A stretch of 60,005 bases of DNA from Aplysia californica (Eukaryota), in assembly GCF_000002075.1 (NCBI RefSeq), contig NW_004798067.1, positions 92,087-152,091 of the forward strand, read 5' to 3'. A program made the position numbers and the translations under genes. How positions within the stretch are numbered: position 1 is the stretch's first letter; each line of letters opens with the position of its first letter. The notes under the pieces are model-generated. The model searched no databases. It was given only the letters and a program-made list of their open reading frames with translations, and had not been told where the DNA came from. Below, one piece after another: positions 39,736 to 51,596 of the stretch.

Positions 39736-40851
39736 CGTGCAAACTCTACATTACATTGGCAGGTTTTTGCCTAACCGGGCGCAAGTCATTGCCAATCAGG
39801 CAGGCAGGCAAACAAGTGACATTATTATTCTGGCTGACTCAACGAACCTGGCTGTAAAAGATGACATACGGTAGTAACACAATTTCTTTACACAAGTGTA
39901 ACGGTTTTTGCAAACAGGAACCCAGCGTTTCGCAAGCATCTAATTTTCATAAACTCTGAACAATCTTCTACGATGATGGTTTATAGCTGCTGGTAATATA
40001 CGTAAATGATTTAATGATCACCTTACAAAAATTAAGGAAACTAGATGCTGGCAAAATCCCCCATTCCTTACCCCCCCCCCCCCCCCCAACTAAAAAAAAA
40101 ATTCCCAAAAAATCAACCCAAAAACCCCAGCAATACATGACAAATAAATACACCACATCATTCTAAAAGATGACACGTACATACTAAAAAAAATGATAGA
40201 ATAGTATTAAACACCATAATAAGTACACTCTGGTTACTTTGAAGAGACGGGAAATGAAAGGACACAAGACGAGTAAAGTAGTGGTGCTGGTGATGGCATC
40301 GATATAATATTATATATCAATATTAACATCTGTCAAGTGGTGGCCCAGCATCTTGTTGAAAGCCACTGGCAAAATCTCATGCAAGTCTGCTTGATCAACA
40401 TTAGTAAGTGCATTCATTTCTCAACTGGCCATTCATTCCTTCATACAGGGTTAAAAAAAAAAATAACATAAACAAAACTGTTGTCAGTTCGGCAAACGAA
40501 ACAAAAAAGTTGAAAAACCAAACATGATGAAATGAACACTCTATAAAAATATAAAAAAACATAAATGAAAACGTATGCGCTGTCATGACAAACTCAAGAA
40601 ATTCTCGATCTATCCTGGAAATAAGAAAAAAGTCTGGTTAATGGGAAAAAAAACAATCGAATCAAACCAAAACAAAACAATCCATGATGTTACAAAAGGC
40701 TGCAAATCATAAAGGAACTTATTATAATGAAGGATGAGAAATGCACCACCATGCCAGGGGGGGCGGGGGGGAAACCACTGCAAAAAGCCGCGCAGTCATC
40801 TGCCCATGCCGCACACGCCAATCCGTTACCTCGTGGGAGGTGGCTCCCTCT

Positions 40852-43800
40852 CTACTCATCCCCTCCTCTACGGCGGCGAGCTCTCCTTGCTGCCCGGTCC
40901 TCGCTGTCGTCAGTCGTGCTGGCTGCCGCAGCCTCTCGCTCCTCTCTCCGCCTCCTCCTCCTCTCCTCTCTGTCGTCCGTCTCCGTGCTTTCCTTCGCGG
41001 CCTCTCTCTCCCTCTCCTCCCGGCGTCTGCGACGTCTCGCCTCTCTCTCGTCTTCCTCTGGCTCTTCTGCTGCGGGAGCGGCCGCGGGTTTCTCTTCTTC
41101 TTCTTCCTTCTTTTCTTCGCTTTTCTTCTTGGGTGTCGCGTCATCATCAAACAGAGGGGTCTCCTCCTCGTCCTGATTCCTCCTTCGAAATCTCGTAAAA
41201 CTCGATGCTGCATCTTCTTCTTCAGCCTTTGGTTTGTCTTCCTCCTTTTCTTCTTTTGGTTTTTCTTCCTCCTTTTCTTCTTTTGGTTTTTCTTCCTCTT
41301 TTTCTTCTTTTGGTTTTTCTTCCTCTTTTTCTTCTTTTGGTTTCTCTTCCTCTTTTGGTGTCTCTTCTTCTTTTGGTTTCTCTTCCTCTTTTGGTGCCTC
41401 TTTCTCTTTTGGTTTTTCTTCCTCCTCCTCTTCTTTTGGTTTCTCTTCCTCTTTTGGTGTCTCTTCTTCTTTTGGTTTCTCTTCCTCTTTTGGTTTTTCT
41501 TCTTCTTTCTCCTCTTTGGGCTCCTCTTTAGCCTCATCTTTCACCTCCGCTTTCTTGTCCTCCTCTGACTCCTTTGGTTCGTCATCTTTTGCTTCCTCCT
41601 TGCTCTCCCCAAGGTCCAATTCTTCTTCATCGTCATCATAGGGCTTCTTGAAACGGCTTTTGAAAGCAGAAGCAGGGTCATCTTTTTTGGGCTCATCTTT
41701 CTCCTCTTCTTTCTTACTATCAGCAACCTTTTCCTCATCCTTCGACGTCTCCTCTTCATTTTCCTTATCAGCATCAGCCGCTTCTTTCTTATCCTCTTTC
41801 TCCTCACCTTTGTCCTCTGCCTCCTTTTCATCACCTTCCTTCTTGTCATCTTTTTCTTCAAACTCACTTAAATCCAAACCTTCTTCCTCCTCATCATATG
41901 CTTTCTTAAATCGATTCTTAAATGCACCAGCTAGATCATCCTTCTTTTCCTCTTTCACTTCTTTCTTTTCCTCTTTCTCTTCTTTCTTTTCTTCTTTCTC
42001 TTCTGTCTTTTCCTCCTCTTTCTCTTCCTCCTTGTCTTCTTTTTTCTCCTCTTCTTTTTCTTCAAAAGCACTTAAATCAAGACCCTCTTCTTCATCATCG
42101 TACGCTTTCTTAAAACGATTTTTGAATGCTGAAGCAGGATCATCTTTCTTTTCCTCTTCCTTCTTTTCTTCCTTCTCTTCTTCTTTCTTTTCCTCTTCTT
42201 TTTCTTCAAATGCACTTAAATCAAGACCCTCTTCTTCATCATCATCATAAGCTTTCTTAAAACGATTTTTGAATGCTGCAGCAGGATCATCTTTCTTTTC
42301 CTCTTTTTCTTCCTCTTTCTTTTCTTCTTCCTTCTTTTCCTCAATCTCACTTAAATCAAAGCCCTCTTCCTCATCATCATCATAAGCTTTCTTGAAACGG
42401 TTCTTAAACGCGGCAGCAGGATCCTCTTTCTTTTCCTCCTCTTTTTCCTCTTCTTTCTTCTCCTCTTCTTTCTCCTCAAAAGCGCTCAGATCAAGCCCCT
42501 CTTCCTCGTCATCATCATAGGCTTTCTTGAACCTGTTTTTAAAAGCAGCAGCCGGGTCATCCTTTTTCCCCTCTTCTTTTTCCTCGTCCTTCTTTTTCTC
42601 TTCCTCCTTATCCTTCTTTTTCTCTTTCTCCTCACCTTCTCCTTTACCCTCTTCCTCTTCTTCTGCAGCCTTGTCTGGCTCATCCTTTCCTTCCTCCTTT
42701 TCAGGCTGAATAACAAAATAAACAAATATGATGGAGAACAGGGTCACTTTAAAATATTGAATACAACGCGTTAACGACACAGACCAAAAGGTGAGGGGAA
42801 TCCTAAATTTTAAAAAGTCATGCGTCTACCAGAATGACACAAAACAATATTTAGAGGTTGGAATGGAAAGTCTTTAACTAGAATTTTACAGTCTAATCAC
42901 AGCAAAGCTAGACCATAAACCACTCTACTTCAAAAACAAAAAAACGGCAGTAAACCTAAAGGGTTACTGCCTTAGGAAGATTACACCTCAGTGGTACTCT
43001 CCAGGACCATATATGTGAAGTTTGGGGGGGGGGGAAAAATGTGTTGAGAACATCAACAACCTCCATTGCTTCACCAAACATGACGCACTGGGAGAATAAA
43101 CCAAACATATGTGACGTTCTGGGGGTGATAAAACAAATATATATAATAAATGTATTTGGGGTGATAAAACAAACATATGATGTACTTGGGGTGGCAAAAG
43201 CAAACATATTAACCACAATCAATTCTATTACTAGACCAGACAACATACACAATAGGACAAAGAAACCACAGACAGTTATACAGCAACGAGGTGGGTTCAA
43301 AATATTACACCTATCTCTACCAACACATTATTAACGAGAGGCTATAAATTTTCTGCATCTTTTCAATATGAGGAAAAGATATACACAGGAGGTGCAGTTA
43401 AAAACTTCCATGGGAAGAACACAAAAAACACACAGAGAGGTGTAACAGTTGAAACAGTGAGAACCCTCAAAAGGTGATGTGCCATGTTGAAAAAGAAAAA
43501 CTTATACCCTAACTGTACCATTAAGTTATCTCCTTCGATATGTGGACGTCATCATGGCTGACGACTTAGAAAAACAAGTGTCCTTAAAGAGTTTGAAAGC
43601 AAACCGGTATTATAATCTGAGTATGAAACAGATTGGAAAGAACCGACTACAAGTTTTAAAAAAAAACATGTTTACAACTTGGGTGACTGATTTCTTTTAT
43701 AGACCACAGAAAGGAATGTACTGTGAGGAATTAGTATGGTAATAGACATATATTTTAGAAAGTAACAAGTAATCACTGAGTACTGTGTGTTGTAGTGATC

Positions 43801-46800
43801 GTGTAAGAAGACAACAAGTTCACACCATGCCACAGCAAACCAAACTACCTGATCTTCCTTCTCCTTGCCTTCTTCCTCTTCCTCCTTAAACAACAAAACA
43901 GTATAACAAAGTTCAACATGGAAATATGTCACTTGAAAAGAATAAATAGGAAATAAAACAAAGTGGTCAGACAGCAAATGCTGTATAAGTACCGGAATAA
44001 CAATCACAAAAATATACACGTTTTGTCGTAAAAATGTTTGACAGGGTGGAAGCACTATAAAAGAATACAGTAGAGTCTGCTTAAAGCAAAGACGGTTAAT
44101 CCGAAAACAGTCGTAAACCAAAAGAAAAGAAAATCCTGGGGTTTTCTTTTCTGTCTAAGCAACCTCTCTAAACCATAAACCCGTCGAAAACAAAGAAAAT
44201 CAGGTGATCTCGCAGGATTTGATTCCAGAGGACTCCAGTGTATTTATTCTATGTCTAGGACATAATATAACACTGTGTGTAGACGTATATAGTCAAAATT
44301 TGAGAACAAAAAAAGTCATACAGAATTTCAAGTTGAAAGCAAAATGACAAGATAAACATCAATACATACCCCTGTTATCACTACTTGAGCCTTTGAGGTT
44401 TTGTCTGGATTTTCAAGCTTCAGGAATTCGTAAAGTTGGTCCCATTCAAGTGACTCTTGAAACTTCTCATAATCCTGCAGAGTTGAAATATGATGTGCAA
44501 TTATTTCTATTTTAAACAGAACCGTGTCCAAATAATATCGTGAAGTCAATTATTAGAAAGACAAAAAACTGAACAGTCTATATATATAGGAAACCATAGC
44601 AGCAAAAACAAAAAAACAAAACTGAAGTCTGAAAGATTACATAATGCCATTATGGAGTCACTCTCAGTAGTGGAATTTAAAAATTGATCACCCACCCACA
44701 CAAGAACTACATTTCACTGTTTTAAAACTTTGAAAATCAGAGAACAAAAATGCCGGTATAAATTAAGTTAGAAAAGCATAAAAACTAATGGTTTGAAAAT
44801 TTGAGCTGTTGCAACATATCTAAGCTGACCTTTAAAGAAAACCCTTAGATAATACAAAAAAACAATGAGAATGTTTTATATCGTAAACTTAAATATTAAA
44901 AATGTTAAACGAGAAATCTCATCAGAGAGACGACATAAACCAAGGTAGGACAAATACATCACTACTAAAAGAAATCCTCCTACCCCACAGTAATCGTCTC
45001 CATTGAAGATCTGAGGGGGCTGGGCCTTCTGATTGGCTTTCTTGGGCTTGCTGTGAGCGTGCATGAACTTCAATGCCTCATCATTGCGAGGGTCAAGGAC
45101 GTCAACGATTTCATGATCTATTTTTAATGAGCTCAAGATATCTTTCACATGCTGCTGTTTCTTTCGAATCTGAGGAAAAAGCAAAATTAATCCTTCACAA
45201 TTCACCTCTCAAGCTTTACAGAATATGCTGGAGTCAGTCAACTGTCTGCTACAATGAATGATAATGACAAAAAGCAAGAATTCCATCAGTATGATTCCTG
45301 CAGGACAGTAGAGGGAGGAAACCCTGGTTGCTGTTACAATACACAACAAGAAGCTAATCGAACTAAAAAGAACAATGTTCAAAGTCCAAGACACATACCT
45401 GTACAAATGGCCACTTCCAACTTGCATTTAATTTATTCAGTACTAGCTGGGTACCCGTTCGATGAACGGACTTTAAAAAAATGATCGTCAAGTCATTGTG
45501 GAATCAGTACCCACTACTTGTGAACGGAAGCCTCACTTGTTTACAATGGTATCTTAGAAGGACTTTCCCAAGATTAGATCTAAACCAAACAAATGAAAAA
45601 CTGAAAACTAAACTACAGTGACTTCAGACTCCTTTAATATAACTGTTCACCCTTTGAATGATTCTTAACCACCGTTAATTTTTTCAAATTCGAAAGTTAA
45701 GCGGTTTAGAAGTATTAGGCCACCAAAGTGATGAACTTTCACATTATAAAAATATATAACAGCATTGCCCAAAATGAAACCTGTCCAACTTGGCCACAGC
45801 CACAATATTTCCAATTACTCCAAAAACCTGTCCAAGATGGCCACGCAAATCTTTCATCATCTTGACTCGTAAAATATTATATATTCAGACCCTGGCATAG
45901 TGTAAGGAACATTATGAACCCATTCACCTGTCATTATTGTCAGACCCCCTTAGAGCCAGCAGAGAGTGGGTGCTATAGAAGTAAGTGATCTTTGATATCA
46001 TTATGATTATAATGAACAACTCTTTGATCAACACCACACGGGGCAGAGCACAAATGTCCAAACCACCACCTCTGTGAAACCACTTGTTGAGCTTTTGTGT
46101 GTGTTTGTGAACAACTTTCAGGAGAAGGTAAATTTAAGGAATGAGAATTGCTGAGATTGTAAATAAAAGATAACACAAATTAATACAAAAATATAACAAA
46201 CACGGCAAGTTCTAGATCTAGATCGAGTCAACAGTCACTGGCGAGGGAACCCCAAGAGTCTTGGGGGAAACCCCGGAAGACTACAAAAATAGATGGTGGA
46301 AATACGTCATCTATATTTGGGCTAATCACAGAGGGGTGCTAGGTGCTCGCTGTAGCTTCAGGTAGAATAAAATGATTTCTTTACGCCGAGTTTGGACTAA
46401 GAAAGTCTCAGACTTGGTCGGTCATCATAAAGTACAGTAAGGTCATAGAGGTGGGAAGGCGGGGCAGTATAGGTTACTTTTGTACATTTGCAGCACTACA
46501 TGAATCTGTCGAAGTTGCCTCAACCTACCCTGATTATAGATACTCTTGCCATGTATGCAAAGCGAGAGGAATTCCGTAACTAGTATGATATGAAACAGTA
46601 AAAGGTTAGGGTTACAAGTTCAGTGAGGTTAGGGTTTGGGAAGGATTTTCATTTACGCACAATGACCCCAGCAAACCTGAGAATATTCAATAACCCACCC
46701 AGCCAGGCCATCAAACTTGCTAGAAACACGAAGCTCTTTCTCCCCTTGATGCCCTAGAGGTACAAGAGGATGGATAAAGTAAGTAAGACTCCAGCAAACA

Positions 46801-48662
46801 CAATAGAAGAGACCTCCTAGAGCTAACCCTAACCCCGACCCAAACCCTACCCTTTTAATCTAACCCTCGCTATACTATTCTACTCTATAGTCTACTCTAG
46901 TAGTGGTCGCTCTTTACTCTTTCGAAGTGACTATCTTCACCTGGGGTGAGAATAAAAATATGATCGACCTCTCACCCCTGGTGAGATTTGGCAGCTTTGG
47001 CTATGCTCAACCGGTGAGAAACAATACCTGTTTTTCTAATTTCGGAATACTGTCTATCGGTGAGGATGATCAAATTGACAAAAGCAAAGAAAAAAATGAT
47101 GTTATAGCACAAAAGTAAGCTAATTTTACCACAATTTAATGTTTTGCTGTTGTTAGGTTTGATATCTTAGCTCACCGCGATTCAAACGTATAGATCTAGA
47201 TCTAGAAGTAGGTCAGGCTCAAATAAGGGGGGTGGGAACTACCGAAAAAGCACCCAAAGATGCTCTAAGTAGGCTATTTCACTTTTCGAATCGAGCCGAA
47301 CTACGGGGGTCGCCATTTTGTTTTGCACAGAAGTTCTCGCAAGATCTACTCCTCCCCTCTCTGTCTCTTACTGAATACTGTCTATCGGTGTGGACGATCA
47401 AATTGAACAAAACAAAGTTTAAAAATGATGTTAAAGAAAGTGGCTATTCTCACCCGCCCGGAAGTTCTCGCAAGATCAACTCCTCCCCTCTTCTCTCTCT
47501 CTCTGTCTCTTTCTGAATACTGTCTATCGGTGTTGACAATGAAATTGACCAAAACAAAGTTAAAAAATGATGTTAAAACACAAAAGTAAATAAATTTGGT
47601 TGTCTACAAAGATGCTACGGCTATTTAACTTTTCGAATCGAGCCGAACTACGCGGGTCGCCATTTTGTTTTGCCCGGAAATTCTCGCGCTACTCCTCTCT
47701 CTCTTTCTCTCTCTCTCCACTGCCCACAGACAAAATTGTACGCTTTTAGTAGGCTACAATTGTAATGGAACGTTTGTTCACGGCACAGAATTCTACAATT
47801 TTTCTCTTATCACAGTGTAGAATTCTGTAGTTTAGGGTGAACGCAAAATTTGGAGAACGTGCACCGGGTGAGAATAGCCACAAGACTCGCCTGCACTATT
47901 CTCACTCCGGGTGAGAATAGAGGTGGCCATGTTAAAACACAAAAGTAAATAAATTTGGTCATATCTACAAAGATGCTACGGCTATTTAACATTTCGAATC
48001 GAGCTGAACTACGCGGGTCGCCATTTTGTTTTACCCGAAGTTCTCGCGCTCCGCCTCTCTCTCTCTCTCTACTTGCCCACAGACAAAATTGCACGCTTTT
48101 AGGCTAACAGTAGTAACACAAGAGCGCTGGAAGAACGTTTGTTTACGGCACAGAATTCTACAATTGTTATCACAGCGTAGAATTATGTGGTTAAGAGTGA
48201 ACACGACACTGGTTGGCCTAGGCCTAGGCTATAATGGTGAACGCACACCTGGTGAGAATAGCCAAAAGGCTCGCCTGCGCTATTCTCACCCGGGAGGTGG
48301 CCTTACTCTACAGAATTCCTTCGAAAAGCCAAAGCCAAGGCACAAGGGGGTTGCATGTTCAGGGTTCTAAAGGTTTATTGGTTACCCTTTTCTTTACCAT
48401 TATGTTTGTTGTTCAGTGTCAGTCACCAAGCAGTTAAGTCAGCAGCAATGCGTTGTTGAGATTTGATTAGGCTTCAAGACTAATCAAGAGCTTGTTGGGC
48501 TTGAGACCGAGTTAGATGAGACCGAGCCGAGAGTGAGAGTGAGACAGACAAGACAGTGCCAGAGAGCAACCGTTTGTTTTTGTAATGGGACAAGGCGAGG
48601 AGCAAAAGAATACATACCTCACTGCTGACAGTTGCATTACTTAAGTAGACCTTGAGACTCAT
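40852..48662 (-). CDS. SH3BGR: SH3BGR-family (SH3 domain-binding glutamic acid-rich, thioredoxin-like fold) protein with long Glu/Lys-rich repetitive C-terminal extension, 741 aa; join of 48662-48618, 45169-44984, 44474-44370, 43884-43849, 42705-40852
   Basis: Exons 1-3 encode MSLKVYLSNATVSSE / IRKKQQHVKDIL...QPPQIFNGDDYCG / DYEKFQESLEWDQLYEFLKL, the SH3BGR domain with the family's phase-0 exon layout. A 36-nt exon (EEEEEGKEKEDQ) and a 1854-nt last exon follow, both phase 0 with polypyrimidine-AG acceptors. Joining the long exon is inferred from phase and position. Confidence 0.85.
43526..43564 (-). CDS. Candidate alternative stop-containing exon of the SH3BGR gene (SSAMMTSTYRRR*)
   Basis: Minus-strand acceptor cttgtttttctaAG (AG at 43566-43565) in phase 0, then 12 codons, TAA, and a donor-like ATG|GTACAG 7 nt later. 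Confidence 0.35.
   Translation of the reverse strand, partial: SSAMMTSTYRRR
45443..45758 (-). mobile_element. Non-autonomous Helitron-like element
   Basis: Minus-strand 3' end reads hairpin ccgttcatcgaacgg + 9 nt + CTAG followed by T, a canonical Helitron 3' terminus. The AT-rich 5' end is approximate. Confidence 0.6.
46903..48302. mobile_element. Array of ~3 tandem/nested copies of the tattctcacc DNA element in SH3BGR intron 1
   Basis: Blocks gaatactgtctatcggtg, ttcgaatcgagc(c/t)gaactacg and ggtgagaatagcca each recur 2-3 times; 47436-47930 matches 13262-13742. Confidence 0.8.
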
Positions 48663-48699
48663 TGTTGAGAAGGTTCGAAAGCACCCTTGAGCTTCCAAA

Positions 48700-48960
48700 A
48701 CTAGTGAAAACGAAAGTTTGGACTTGATATCAGTCTGGAAGACGTTCTTCCCGATAAGGAAGTTTCCACAGATTTCTGCTGTATGTGCAATACGTCACCA
48801 ATTGTTGTGCTGAAGAGCTACTTCCTTTTCCATTGTACGCACAGAACGATGACGCAGATCACATATTGGGGACAGTTTCGAGCCTGTTGCTGGGGCAAGT
48901 AAACAATCTCACAGCATACCGAAGCTCGCTATTTTCGACTTCCGTGGATATGTCGAAAGG
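48700..48960. promoter_or_regulatory. Probable bidirectional promoter (SH3BGR gene / downstream plus-strand gene) with X-box-like site at 48886-48899
   Basis: Directly upstream of the SH3BGR ATG (48662). CpG-enriched, with a CRE-like TACGTCA (48791), CCAAT (48798) and GTTGCTGGGGCAAG resembling GTTGCCATGGCAAC. Confidence 0.45.
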
Positions 48961-49229
48961 TCCATTTTCAATTCATTTTAAAAACCAATTGATCTTCTTT
49001 ATCTGTTGATTTGTGTGCACTTCATAGTTGAATTGTTAACGGGTGTCCATTGCCTTTCATTTTGAACTGAAAAAGCACTTGGCTAAGTGATGATTGTGAT
49101 TGACAAATTCTTTGAAATTGTGTCTCTCTTTTTTTTTTTTTACCGGTACGCGCATAAAGTGTTTTCGGTTACTATGCTAGTTTTACGGAAAGTGAAGTTT
49201 ATTATATTTTTGTCCATTGATTTCTCTCT

Positions 49230-50765
49230 TACTTACTTATTTGGTTGGAGAATAGGCATCGTTGCAGGTGGTACAATGCCTGCAAAGCTTCTCCTCGACT
49301 CCTCTCCAGGATGCATTCATCATGAAAGGGTCTGCTTGCTGAATTGTGCCATCAGCTGATTGGATATTGTTCTGGCTTTTCTCCTAGAAGGTTGCTGTCT
49401 CTCCCCGACCAACTTCCCTCAATCTTTCCATTGTGTGTGATGTGGTGCCTTCATCTTCTTTGGGGTCATTGAACCATACTAACTGTCAATGCTGCCATGA
49501 CTGTTGGTGGATCTAATTGCATGGTGCCACCAACCTCAGCCTGGCCGACTAGCTTATCAGCACGTTCATTGCTTCAAACTCCTGCATGACCAGGGCTAAA
49601 GATCCATACCATCTTTGTGAGTCTGCTGCTTATTGTATCACCTCCCACCAGCCTGCATACATCATGTGTTTCTTCACCTTTTCGAGGGTACTCATTGCAT
49701 CAGTGATGAGGATGGCAGTCCGATGCCCGTCGCCTAAATCCAGTTTACGGCTTCTGTGATGGCCTTCATCTCCATATGTGAGGCAGCGTTGTAGAATCAG
49801 GCTGTCGTCAATTTTTGGGCATGTAGAGTTATTGGTATCATCTAAAAGCTTATTCACCTGTCTTTATTTGGATGAAAAAAATATACATTTATCTTGAATA
49901 CAAGTCAAGATATTTGCAAAAGAAGGAGGTGGGGGTCACCTGTTTTCAGAGGTAAAATTAGTGAGAAAATGGCCATCAAAGATTACTTTTTAAATTTCCT
50001 TAGCTTAAGAGTCCATGGTAACTGAAAATTTACATTTTTATGCCTTTAATCAACGCTTTTCTCTTAAAAATCCATACAGAAATTAGTTCTTTTATGGGCA
50101 AGACAGGTGTTGAGCCAAAAAACAAAAAATTGATAAAAATTCACAAACCTACGGAAAAATGCAAGTTTCTTCACTTTGATTATTTTGACGAGAGCGTGAT
50201 TCCACCACGCTGCATCACATATGCAGATGCTGGACGTGGTTACACTAGTGGTGTCTGACAGCTCTCTCTGTATAAAACCCCATTTACAAGGGCGCTGAAA
50301 GCCCATTCGGAGTTTACCCCATGCTGTACTGATCCATTTGTTAAGATGACTACATCGCCCTGTTCACTTTCTCCTCTATCAACGTCTCTACCTCGGCATT
50401 GGCTGCTCCTTCTGGCCACTTACGACATTCTCTACCTAAGGTTACTCTACCACTCGAGTATACTACCCAAGTGTGTCAGTGACGCGTTGACCCATGCGCT
50501 GCCCTGTCAGATGTCTTGCATTCACAGCATTTAGCCAAAATCGTGGCTGCCTCATTCATCCATTCAGTCCCTCTAAGCAGACACTTGCGTACAGTTCTAC
50601 TCACTTAATTATGCAACGGGTGCGGATTAACGGCGCTGACTCTCAAAAATACACTCTAACCTGAGCTATCTTCTGACATTCTACCATAACTGGGAGGTTC
50701 AGGAGATAACGCATAGAGGATATGTCTTATGTGCACCCGAGAACAGTCCACATACCTCTTCATTC
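49230..50765 (-). mobile_element. Non-LTR retrotransposon relic (RNase H region), interrupted by a MITE
   Basis: Minus-strand fragments DVVILTNGSV, TTSSICMEMKAITEAVNW, ILITDAMSTLEKV and VWIFSPGHAGV*SNERADKL are the RNase H1 motifs in order, with stops and frameshifts. Confidence 0.8.
49776..50220. mobile_element. ~445-bp MITE inserted into the LINE RNase H
   Basis: ~35-bp TIRs atgtgaggcagcgttgtagaatcaggctgtcgtcaa / ttgacgagagcgtgattccaccacgctgcatcacat; diverged inverted relative at ~55261-55735. Confidence 0.75.
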
Positions 50766-51242
50766 TGAATTCTTTCAAGCTAATCGTTTCATTTCTGCTC
50801 TTTCAAAATTAGTATCATTACATTGCTCTACGTCTATTGTTTTCTTTCTCATTATTAATTTTAAAGAATATTTTATAGTACAGTAAGCCTTTTGGTGTAC
50901 GCCGAAAGCTTTGACAACTTGTTTTCTTTTCAAAACTTGGAGCAAATATTCTCATCAGTTCTTTGTCAGTAATAGTTTATTTAATGCCTATATAAATTCA
51001 AAGGTATTGGTTGGATGCAAGACAGGAGTTTCTACACCCAAAAAATACAAATGAGTCAATTTGAAAAGGGTTTGATAGGTTTTATTAGTCTGTATGTTTT
51101 TCTTGCTGTATACTTGGTTCGAGTAATAGCCTCACTGGAAAACACGCTGCCCAAAGGATATTTCCCTTAACCGTAACCAAACTGTAAAATTGAATCATAT
51201 TAATCATTTTTTAAAAAATACTTGATATAAGATATTAATAGA

Positions 51243-51596
51243 AATAATAATAATAACAATAATTGCCTAAATTTTCTATAGCACATATATGCTTTACAGC
51301 ATGCTCATACTTTACAACCATTATTTACCGAGCAGACGGTAGAACACTCAGAAACGTTCTCAGCTTCCAGGGAAGCACACAATGCAAGCTTCGGATTGCT
51401 CCTGCTCAAACACTACAAATTGACAAGATCTTTCACTGTCTATAGCCGGGTATCCATTCCCACCTTGGCTAAAGGAGGAAAATTTGTGTTAAGTGTCTTT
51501 CCCAAGGATATGTCGGGTCCCTGACGGGTTTCGAACCCATGACCTTATGTGTGCGAGTTAGAGAGCCTTCGCAACGTAGACCATCAACGCCACGCA
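51243..51596 (-). mobile_element. Near full-length tRNA-derived SINE
   Basis: B-box ggttcgaaaccc, central ccttgggaaagacacttaac, and a 3' (TTA)n tail at 51243-51262. Confidence 0.75.

Noticed and set aside
40722-42709. Many overlapping ORFs (Phe/Ser/Leu-rich on plus; Lys/Arg-rich alternative frames on minus)
   Set aside because: Antisense and frame shadows of the purine-rich E/K exon; only the 40852 frame joins the SH3BGR exons.
42706-42780. Hydrophobic N-terminus (MSLTRCIQYFKVTLFSIIFVYFVIQ) of the 642-aa ORF as a signal anchor
   Set aside because: It is the translated polypyrimidine tract of the acceptor at 42707-42706, and the ORF begins at a non-ATG codon.
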